Positions 1 through 10,500 of a stretch of 64,000 nucleotides of DNA are shown here, piece after piece; the first letter of the stretch is position 1; each line of letters starts with the position of its first letter. Source of the DNA: the human T2T-CHM13v2.0 reference genome, Homo sapiens; assembly GCF_009914755.1 (NCBI RefSeq), contig NC_060929.1; one strand, written 5' to 3'. Under the pieces are notes generated by a model. That model made no database searches. It saw only the letters and a program-made list of their open reading frames with translations, and was not told where the DNA came from. The position numbers and the translations under genes are program-made.

Positions 1-759
1 AGCCAAGAGGAATATAGAGGTATCTGCTGTAGAGAGCACAGGTGTTAGAAGTCGCACTGAGGATAGAAGGAGGCTTCTGGGTCTCATTACTTCTGTTGTA
101 TGATTTTGCTCAGATAAATCTTAATAGTGTCCCAGAGATGTCCTCAGTACCTGTCCAGACCCACTTACCAAAAGATACGCTGTAAATAGTCATTTTCTTT
201 AAAGTATTAGCCAGCCTCTGACTTAAGCAAATAGAGAAAAATCACTGTTTTTAAACTATGCTAGTAATACACTAAGAATGCCCATGATAAAGAATTTAAA
301 CAGTACCTAAGAATATAGAGTAAAATATGAAAGTATTTCTCATGATCCTTCACTTCCATTCTCGTTTTCTCTGTTAACAACAGTGTCAGTCCTGGTCTTC
401 GTATTCATCTGTGGGAATGGATATTTGTACATATGTACGTACATACATACACACATACCTACATATTTAACTGCATTTTAAAAACCATATTAGGTTTATA
501 CCATACCCAGTGTTTTGTGACCATCTTTTTAGTGAATGATCAGTCTATGAGATTTTCCATGTCACTTCATGAAGCCTGCTTTATATATAAAAAAAACTAA
601 AGTGTTTTATGGGTTCATAATATTCTGTAGTATGGCCCTATCATAATTTATTTAATCCATCACGTTTTGTTGGGCTTTTGTTTTTTTCTCTTCTAAAAAT
701 ACTGCCACAGTCTTGGAGTGGGGCGTGGTTTCTCACTATAAACAGATAGTATAGCATAG

Positions 760-960
760 TAGATGAGAACTGCTTTTGTTCAGATGTCGGGCTTTGGTAT
801 TTATTACTGTGTGACTGTGGGTCAATTAGATAACCTCAGTTTCTTCAACTATAAAATTGAGTTAGGTAGTATTAATAAATACCTACTTTATAGCATTGTT
901 GTGTCAAGGACTTAGAACATTATTTAGTACATAGTGTCAGTAAATGTTTGCTACGAACAT
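760..960. mobile_element. MIR fragment (intronic), boundaries approximate
   Basis: MIR core-like ctgtgtgac...aacctcagtttcttcaactataaaat...aatacctactttatag...ttgttgtg. Confidence 0.6.
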
Positions 961-1386
961 TAATAAGAGTATATTCTGAAATGTATCCTAATTTTCAAAT
1001 AATTCAAATGACCTAGTTTTTTTTAAGAATAGTAATATAATTAACCTGCCCATTCAAATCAAATAAGGTTTTTACCAGAAAAAAATACCCACCTCCCGAA
1101 TTGTAATAAATTCTACCAGAACTTATTTCCTAAATGTTTTTACTATTTAAAAACTATTTATTGTCATGTGACAATATAGGTAAATGCCTATTTTATTGGT
1201 GAGTTCTTTCTTCATTTAAAAAAAATGACATTTTCAATCTATAGATCAACCGTAGACTAATGCAACAGTTATTTCTCAATTTGCTACACAGCTTTAATTA
1301 GGAAACCATACTAATTTTAATTTAAGTTCAGTCATCACTTCTTCATGAATAATAATTTTGGAGGCTAAATCTGCTTTGCTCTTCAG

Positions 1387-1527
1387 GTTAATGAAAAGTA
1401 GCCTGAATGGAGATAACTTCCGAACACAGAAGCTGTCTTTTATCATTAGAACAGTGGGTCGACATTTTCCTGGACACTTACTGGCATGGGATTTTGTCAA
1501 AGAGAACTGGAATAAGCTTGTACAGAA
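1387..1527 (+). CDS. LNPEP: LNPEP third-to-last coding exon (141 bp), C-terminal domain of leucyl/cystinyl aminopeptidase (IRAP)
   Basis: Acceptor ttgctcttcag|G at 1386/1387 and donor AA|gtaagt at 1527/1528. Translates (W)LMKSSLNGDNFRTQKLSFIIRTVGRHFPGHLLAWDFVKENWNKLVQK, recognised as IRAP C-terminal (ERAP1-like) domain sequence. Confidence 0.96.
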
Positions 1528-1841
1528 GTAAGTTTCTCAGAGAATTATTAACTTTTAGTATTCTCAAGTTGTGCATTTGAAAAAAGCTCCCAGTGTTTTG
1601 GCTCACAGAAGTTAGGATTTGCTGTGAGAGGAAAAATACTTCCATGACAGTTTAACTGAAACATCCGGAAATTTTCACATTTGTTAACATAATTCCATAG
1701 CATGAATCATTTAACAGTAGCATTCCATCTAAGTTCTAATTAAGCCTAGCCTTGCTTGGCACCAGGTTACTTAGCTCAGCGTGGCTACAGACTATTTCAT
1801 AGCAACCATTTAGCTATGCATATTGAAAAATACCTCTGTAT

Positions 1842-2232
<391 letters not shown>

Positions 2233-2502
2233 TCAATAATGGCATTTCTGGGTGTACAGTGTGATCTTCGACAATGTTAAGCGGATTAATTGTCTGCATG
2301 TTCTGAACTCTTCCCTTTTTCTGCCCACCTTTCCTTCCCACCGACAATAAGTATGCATAGGGCTACCCCGGTTTCCTCAGTTGCAGTTCCGGGAGGAGGA
2401 TTCCACTCTGGCTTTGGCATTAAAGACTTTTCCTTGCACTCAGGAACAACGCTTTACCAGCAGCTGCCTAATTTTTTTGCTCTTGTTTTTGTGTTTCTTC
2501 AG

Positions 2503-2584
2503 GTTCCCTCTGGGGTCCTATACCGTACAAAATATTGTTGCTGGATCAACTTACCTGTTTTCAACAAAGACACATTTATCTGAG
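2503..2584 (+). CDS. LNPEP: LNPEP penultimate coding exon (82 bp)
   Basis: Polypyrimidine tract + cag| at 2502 and donor GAG|gttggt at 2584/2585. Translates (K)FPLGSYTVQNIVAGSTYLFSTKTHLSE; phases match both neighbouring exons. Confidence 0.96.
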
Positions 2585-3171
2585 GTTGGTTTTATAAAAT
2601 GATAATACAGAGACTGGGCAACCCTCCGCACACCCGGACCAGGCTGCTCAGTTTTAGTGAGATGGTGGATTTTCATGCTAATTCCTTCTCTTATCTCTGT
2701 CTTCCTTTATCAGTACTAATGATTCTGCATTGTGATTACTTCTAGAGGGTGGCATATATGATAATGAGGAAAAAATCTGATTCCATTCTCTTCCCTTGTC
2801 TCCCTAATACAAATAATTTAAGTGGTCATAAAATTGTTTGGAAGAATTGCATTCTTGGGGTGAATTCATAGCACCAAGCCTTTGGACTCTACTTTATTTA
2901 TTGTTACTTAAACATCTCCTTGGTTCCATTTTAAGTTAGAAAAATGTATCTGTGTGGGAGTAAAAAGATTTCCTTTTTAAAATCATTTCAGATATCACCA
3001 TACTTGATTGGGAACTCCATGTAGATACCTTGAATATTAAAGTACTTCTTTCTACTGCTTTCAAGATAGCAGCACAGCCATCACTAAGTTAAAGCTTATT
3101 TTAAAAGCTGGGGTTACCTGAGGTTTATTGTCCTTTTCTTCTTTTGAAATTCTTCTGTGTGAAACTTACAG

Positions 3172-3303
3172 GTTCAGGCATTCTTTGAAAATCAGTCAGA
3201 GGCAACCTTCCGGCTTCGTTGTGTCCAGGAGGCTTTGGAAGTCATTCAGTTGAATATCCAGTGGATGGAGAAGAACCTCAAAAGTCTCACATGGTGGCTG
3301 TAG
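3172..3303 (+). CDS. LNPEP: LNPEP last coding exon, coding part ending at TAG
   Basis: Acceptor ttacag|G at 3171/3172. Translates VQAFFENQSEATFRLRCVQEALEVIQLNIQWMEKNLKSLTWWL*, the known IRAP C-terminus; stop TAG 3301-3303. Confidence 0.97.
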   Translation, partial: VQAFFENQSEATFRLRCVQEALEVIQLNIQWMEKNLKSLTWWL

Positions 3304-5368
3304 CATGCACAACCGCACCTCATTTTGTTGCCCATTCAGAGAGCTTGTAAGCTTGGGCTCTGCCGCTTTTGCAAAAGCCAAGGTAAAGCCAGGATCGCTG
3401 CCAAGTTGTTTGCACTCTTTGGAGTTCTAGTTAGCTCAGGGCCTGACTGTATTTTTCATCCATCTTTTCTGAAGTGTCTTTGGGCAGTATGTAGTTATTT
3501 ATTACAAAATTATATTCACGTAAATGCCAACCATCTACAAAAACAATGAGTAATTTTTCTACTTTGAAGATACACAGATGGGGACAAAAACCCTGTTTTG
3601 GAATTCTGTTCTATTCCTCAGTATCCAGAAAGTTACTGACACAGTAAAACAAGGAAAGTTCTACCCTAAGAGCCGCCATCACTTCAGGCCGCTGGTTTGT
3701 CAGCCATCTGTTGCTTCTTATTGATAGATGGCATTGGAATGTGGTACAAAGTTAGCTCTGAAGAATATGGTAACGAAGACAATAAAGCATGCACTGTAAG
3801 AACTGACCTCAGGTGTGCAGATCTACTTTGATTTGGGGTTTTGATTAATTCTTTATTTTTCTGAAAAAAAGTTTAAATAATGTCTGTAACTATTGTGTTT
3901 TTTTCCTGCCGAATAGCCAGGTGCTACAGATTTTTAAAATTTTTGTTGTATTGAAAAGCTAAACAAGGCCAAAAGGTTAAATTTTTTGAATATTTAAGAC
4001 TTTCTTTTTCATCTTTTATAGCGTTACCATAGGAAACTGTTCCAAACTGAGTTAGCTTTAATTATAATTATTTTATTCATAAATGGTGATAGTCCCCAGA
4101 TCTGTACACCTTTATCACTCCCTGCCGTAGATATACTTTAGGTTAGTATTTCTACATTCGTGGCAAGCATTTTGGTAACACCAGTGGTTTTCATTGTGAC
4201 TTTTATCACTATCACTAAGAATGCAATTTAAGTTGCCTTTTGGCATCATAGATCATAGAAACTTTCTCTCTGAATCATACCCATGTGTGAATTTTCATTT
4301 TATATGATAGTGTAGCATATTAGAAGCATATTTTAAAACAGAGCCTTTGAGAAATTGAAAAACAATTATTTGAAGTTCACCATAGTACCTTAAAGGAACA
4401 AAGAGAATGTGGGATAGGAGTAACTTGAATTCGTGTTTAGTATGGTGGGCTTTGAATTTTTTTCACTATCAAAAATAGTGCTTTTGTTTAGTTAAAAATT
4501 GTAGTTTTTCTTTTTTTGTGTGTCCAAACTAACATAAAAGGAGTGGTCAAAGAAGGAAAGAAGAAAAATGAGGGAGGATGTCCGAAACTGTATGGCATTT
4601 TACTCCTTCTGAAAGAGAAATACTGTACTTGAATTTTTGAGCTATGCAGACTTATACCTAGATTGTTGTGTTTCTTTGATTCTTAGGAGAAAAGCTTTCT
4701 TCCTAATAATTCTTGAGAACTTTATATTTTGTTTGAAAACAGTTTCTATGTACATAAAAAGGGTATTTACCCATTTGTGAGCACTTAAAACACTCCACAG
4801 AGTCAGACAGTGGGAAAGGTCACCCTTTTTTTATTCGGCAGGTATCAAGTTAGAATGTATGGAATTGTGAATAAAATTATATTTTATTTTATGAAAATAT
4901 TTTTATATAATAAAATTTAAAAGGCTGGTAAGCTAAAAAAATAGTCTTCTTTAATCCTAGTGTGTTTTCCCCAATTTAGTCTTTTCTAAAATTTATCTGT
5001 TTTAGAGTAGAAAATATTATATCCTGAGAATCACAGAATCATCTAAATATGTCTTATTCAACTGAAGTGATTGTAAGTCTTTATTCTTGTGCTTTGGTTA
5101 AATGAATGATAATTTAGTTGATAGTGAAAGTTAATGTGTTTTTATATTTTTAGAGTGAGGGAAAAATACTAAACTTTTGAGAGTTTTGTTGTCGTTGCTG
5201 GTTTTTTACCATGTGGTACTAAATTCCACTTTGATACAAAATTTAAATTTTGTAACTTCTCAAAATCACTTAAGATTCTTCAGTTTTACCTGTGCTTCTT
5301 GACATCGCTCCTATAATGTATGTTAGTTAACTCTGCATATGGCAAATCTTGTCTTGAATTATATCATT

Positions 5369-5375
5369 TCTCTCC

Positions 5376-5433
<58 letters not shown>
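5369..5433. repeat. Compound (CT)n(GT)n microsatellite in the 3' UTR
   Basis: CT run directly followed by ~20 GT units. Confidence 0.95.
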
Positions 5434-5435
<2 letters not shown>

Positions 5436-6371
5436 TGTGGGGGGTATTGTTATGAGTAAAACTTTATCAAAACTTGGCCTGAAAAAGAGATAACTCATGA
5501 TCCATTGCTATCTTTATTACTCAAAGGCTGTTCATTCCCATAATACCAGATCCATAATAGTTGTAGTTTTTTTGATGTTGTTGCCCTTACCTTAATTATT
5601 TGTAGTTTTAGTAGGCCTTGCCTCAGTTTTTCCCACAGAATTCCATAATTTTAATGTTGAACTAACCCATCTATATAGGACTTCTAAAAACTACGTCAGG
5701 AATGTAAGGTTAAATGAGAGGTAGAACTTGTAGTGTAATAGGTATAATGGTAGCTTTCAAAGTTTTATCTTCTCAAAACATTGTCTTAGCCAGTGTATTT
5801 CTGAGAACTCAGACTGAAGCACAGAAGTCACAGTATGCTTCTTTTATTTAAGCACACAGATTCATGACACAAGTACTTGTTGAACAAGTGTTCTCATTGC
5901 AGAGAGATCTACTTGAATATAAAAGGGTCATCATACTAGATTATTAAAAAGAATTGGAAATCTTGAGTTGTGGAAGAAATGTTTATGCTTTGGAGATCTA
6001 AAAAAGTTATGAATGTAGGAATTAGATAAGTCCAGTTTGTTCTGTTAATATAAAATGGTTAGATATATTAAACTGCAAGTAGTATCAGCTTCACCATAAG
6101 CTTGGGCCTTCCTCCATCTTGTTTTATTTAAGTCTCTTTAAATGAAATTTTGTTGTCATTGTTTCAGCATTCATGAACTTTCTTACTATCACAGGTTCTA
6201 CTTTAATTTTCCTTGCCATATGTGTTTCCATTTTGTGGGACATTAGCCACCACAGGAACACAAGAGTTGTCAGAAGACTCCTGGGTGTACAGAGCAAATC
6301 AAGCTGCATCAGTATTATAGGATACCAAACAGAATCCTTTCTATTAGGAAATAAGAAATCAGTTAAGTGTT

Positions 6372-6670
6372 GGCTGGGCGCGGTGGCTTATGCCTGTAAT
6401 CCCAGCATTTTGGGATGCCAAGGTGGGCAGACCATTTGAGGCCAGGAGTTCTAAACCAGTTTGGCCAACATGGCAAAACCCCATCTCTACTAAAAATATA
6501 AAAATTAGCTGGGCATGGTGGTGCACACCTGTAATCCCAGCTACCTGGGAGGCACGAGAATCACTTGAACCCAGGAGGCGGAGGTTGCAGTGAGCCAAGG
6601 TTGTGCCACTGCACTCCAGCCTGGGTGACAAAGCGAGACTGTCTCAAAAAACAAAAAACAAAAAAAAAAG
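6372..6670 (+). mobile_element. AluS in the LNPEP 3' UTR (sense orientation)
   Basis: Full dimer with A-tail. TSD AGTTAAGTGTT at 6361-6371 and 6671-6681. Confidence 0.93.
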
Positions 6671-7029
6671 AGTTAAGTGTTGATTTTGTTGGATTACTGA
6701 CAGTTTGTTGAGATGGATTTTAAAAAGAGTCTATTTAAACCAAAGTACCTGGAACCATAATCTGCCATCAGATTGCTAAACATTCACATAATCCCCATGT
6801 TTCATGGGGCTTCAGGGAAGGCAAATACATCTGAGATGAGCCACCTCCAAGGACAGCATTTCCTGGGCTGCAAAACTAGATGTGGATTTTGTTACTTAGG
6901 CCTCTCTAAAAACTGAGGCCATGGATATGACATAGCTTTTCTTCTCACCTATGCCTTTGTTACTTTTGTATTTATTGGAATTAAATCTCTTTTTAAAGAG
7001 CTTCCTTCCCCCTTCATCCCATTTGTATT

Positions 7030-10000
7030 TTTAAAAACTAAGTTATATATATATTTGCTTGTTTTTGCATTCTTTTATTTTGTGCTCCATTCCCTGCTTT
7101 GCCAGTTAAGTACTACCTGAAAAGTAGCGGTTCAAAAGTATGGTAAATCTCCTCCCTTAACCTTATTGCCTGTGTGGGTGACAGCTAATGGAAAAGTTGA
7201 TCGATTTTTTTCAGTGGTTTTTTTGGGAGTATATACTTTAAAAATGTACATACATGTTTTTGATAGTTTTTATATTATTTCATTTTGTATATTTTTTTCC
7301 TGATGAAGAGTGATATATCATCCTATGAAAATTTCATCTACCCTTCCCATTTTACCTGTATGGGCAGTAGCTACAGACTAGTTATTTGGTTTCCTTCTTT
7401 GGAAGAAGGTGGTGATGTTGAGAGGAGAGCAAGCTATATTCTTTTAAAAGTGTGTACAGATGTTTTTGCTATTTTGTGTTATTTCATTTTGTATTTCATT
7501 CATCCATTTTGTGGACGTGTAGATAAAACGCGGTGGTCCAAAAGCATGACAGATGTCCCCTTTGCGTTTCTCCTTATTGTTCGCATGGACAATAACTGAC
7601 AGAGTAGTCCTAGTTGCTGTTGTTTTGATCTAGTCTTGGGGCTGGGGTTGTATATTATTCTTTCAAGTGTGTATAAATATTGTGCCACCTTTTTATACTT
7701 CATTTTATACTTGTTTCCTTGTATGGATGCATATATACTTAATGAAAATTGAGGTTCAGAGTATGACAAATCTCTTTTCCCTTTTCCTTACTGCCTATTT
7801 AGGCAATAGCTAATAGAGTAGTTTGTTTTGTTTTGGGGTGTGGGGGAGAGTGGAGTATGTACTTAATGTATATAAATAAACTTGCTACTACATTGTATTA
7901 CTAATTTGGTTCACACTGTGTCCTTCTCATGGATGTGAAAGTACCAATGAAATGTGGAGATCTCGATGTATAACAGTCTCCCATTCTCCTCATCCCTTAT
8001 TGACTGCTGGGCAGTAGCTAACAGAGTAGTTGTCAAGTGGCGTATTTGAGGTGAGGGGGAGGGACGGGGAAGGTAGGAAAATGCACTTAATGTATATACA
8101 TGTTTTTACTACTACATTGTATTAATTCATCGGGTGCCCAGACTGAAAGGTACCTAATGAACCATGGAGTTCCGGATGTATAACAGTCTCCTCTTTTCCC
8201 TTTCCCTTATTGCCCATGTGGGCAATACTTAAGAGTAGTTTGGGTTTATTGAAGATTTTTTGCTAGGAGAGAGAAAATTTTTTGCTAGGAGAGGTTTCAA
8301 GGTAAGAGTATATACTTTAAACATGTATATAAATGTTTTTGCTACTTTTCTGTCACTACCTTTCTTACCTTGTCCTTTACATGGATATATGAAGAAAATT
8401 GAGGTTCAGCCTGTAGCAGCTCTCCTCTTCTGCCCTTCCCTTAGATTGTCTGTGTGGGCAGGTGTCTAAGAGAGTAGTTGATTAGCTTCAGGGATTCTTT
8501 GGTGGGTGTTGGGGTATATACTTTTGTATATGTATGTACATATTTTTATTTCTTTATTATAGTGTTTCATTGGGTACCCGGTCCTTCACTTGGATGTGTA
8601 GGTTCCTAATGAGCCATGGAGTTATGGATGTATAACAATCTGTTCTCCCTTTACCCTTTTAATGTATATGGGCAATAATTTTAAAGTAGTTTGGATTTTT
8701 TTAAGTTTTGAGGGGTGGGAGGGGTCTAAGGCAGAATATATCCTTTTTAAAAATGTATATATACTTTTCATTAACTATATTGTATTATTTCATGCTGTAC
8801 CCAGTCCATTGCTTGGACTTACGGGTACCTAATGAAACGTGGAGGTCCGGATGTATGAAAATCTCCTCTTTTCCCCTTTCCTTATTGCCTCTGTAGGCAA
8901 TAATTATAGAGTAGTATAGATGGTTTTTCTTTTTTATCCATCTGCCTATCTCCAGGAGGATGGGGTGTGCACTTTTAGAAATGTATATAAATGTTCTTGC
9001 TCCTTTTTCCTGTTACTTCATTGTGTGCCAAGGCCTTTCCATGGATACTTAGGTACGTAATGAAAATTGAGGTTCATTCTATGAAAAAATCTCCCCTTCT
9101 CCCCTTCCCTTATTGCCTGTCTTGGCAATGGCCAGTAGAGTAGTTATTTAAGGGATTTTGTTTTTTTGTTTTTTTGTTTTTTTTTTGGTAGGGGAGGTGG
9201 GGAATTTCTGGGTTTGTCTTTTTTTTAATGTATATAAAAGTTTGCTAGTTGTTGTTATTGTTGTTCTTTCACTCTCAACACAGTTTTTTGTTTGGAGTTG
9301 TAGGAATCAAATGTAATGAGGGACCCAGACCCGAGAGTGTGGTAAATATTCTTTGCCTTCCTCAGAGCCTGTATACACAAGCAAGTAGTATGTGAGCACT
9401 ACAGGGCTTGGGTTTTGGTTTTTTGCTTTTGAGGGTTTTAATGAGGAGTGGGATTGTTGAGAGGAAAAGGCAAGATATATAATTTTTTTAATGTATATAA
9501 ATGTTTTGCTCCTTTTTGATGTTAACTTCATTTTGAATCTGGTCCTTTGTATGACCACTTAGGTACTTAATAGTAATAAAGTTGAGATTGACTCTATGAA
9601 AAATATCCCATACTCCCCATCCCTCATTGCCTAGGGGGCAATGGTAGAATAGATGTTTGGTTTCTTTTGGGGGTGTCTGAGTGTATATGTGTGTGTATAT
9701 ACACACAAGAACACACATATTTATATACTATACACACACATTTTAATGTATATAAATATTTGCTACATTCTGTGTGTTATATAATGTGGTACCCAGTCCT
9801 CTGCTGGGACATGGATGTACATAATGAAACATGGAGGTCCAGACGTATGATAACTCTCCTGTTTCCCTTCCCTCATTGCCTACAGGGGCAATAGTTTCAT
9901 ATCTTGGGTTTTTTATTGTTTAATTTTTTTTTATGGGAAGGGGTTCTTTGGGTGGGTAATAGTCAGGGGGAAAGGACAGTGTCTATACTTTTTAAAGATG

Positions 10001-10500
10001 TATATAAATGTTTCATGTTATTGGTTTTGTACCTAGTCCTTTGCATGGATATATAGGTACCTAATGAAAATCGAGGATCAGTGTATGACAAATCTCCCAT
10101 CCTCCCCTTTCCTTATTGCCTGTGTCGGCAATAGGAAGTAGAATAGTTGTGTGTTGTTTACTTACTTGTCTGTTTTAGAGAGATTTCTATTTTTGGTAGG
10201 GGAATATTCTTAATATGTTTTCATATCTTTATTTCATTTTGTAGTCTTTTGCATGGCTATGTAGGGACCTAATGAAAGTCGAGTTTCATAATATGACAGC
10301 TCACTTCTTTTCCTACATATTTCCTCACTTAGCAGTAGCTAGTGTAGTTATTTTGTGGTTATTTTATTTCATTCTCTAGGATCTATTCCATTAAGGATGC
10401 AAGTGTGTAGATGCATATATATCATTTGCTTCTTTCTTCCGCCATTATTTTCCTTTAACACTTAGTCCCTTGCAAGGGGTCTGACTATACCTAACAAAAA
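7030..10500 (+). repeat. Degenerate tandem array of ~15 units (mostly ~200-260 bp) in the LNPEP 3' UTR; typical unit = PRE + hairpins + pyrimidine tract + AGAGTAGTT + U/G-rich spacer
   Basis: Recurring motifs TGTATATAAATG, GTACCTAATGAAA, CCTTATTGCC...GGCAATA and AGAGTAGTT. The last, exact or near-exact, is at 7601, 7815, 8023, 8232, 8471, 8683, 8908 and 9137 (spacing 208-239 bp). Confidence 0.92.
7245..10006 (+). promoter_or_regulatory. Cluster of 13 canonical Pumilio response elements (UGUAHAUA)
   Basis: TGTA[CT]ATA starting at 7245, 7867, 8091, 8324, 8535, 8754, 8982, 9229, 9492, 9694, 9747, 9816 and 9999. Three more in the UTR at 4749, 11805 and 12097. Confidence 0.8.

Noticed and set aside
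2381-2602. ORF extending the 82-bp exon to ...HLSEVGFIK*
   Set aside because: Simple read-through into flanking introns; canonical splice sites define the real exon.
6372-6670. 3' UTR Alu as an inverted-Alu dsRNA element
   Set aside because: No antisense Alu lies within the UTR; the nearest (16398) is beyond the distal poly(A) signal.
7285-9894. Short ORFs within the array that resemble each other (e.g. ...VPNETWRS...)
   Set aside because: The similarity comes from the nucleotide repeat. Frames and lengths are not maintained between units.
7030-10500. Array as a CRISPR array, snoRNA cluster, SECIS or hammerhead repeat
   Set aside because: Eukaryotic UTR with no identical repeats or cas genes. 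I found no consistent RUGAUGA/CUGA boxes, ANANNA/ACA geometry, SECIS quartet spacing or CUGANGA/GAAA core across units; TAATGAAA is better explained as a stem arm.
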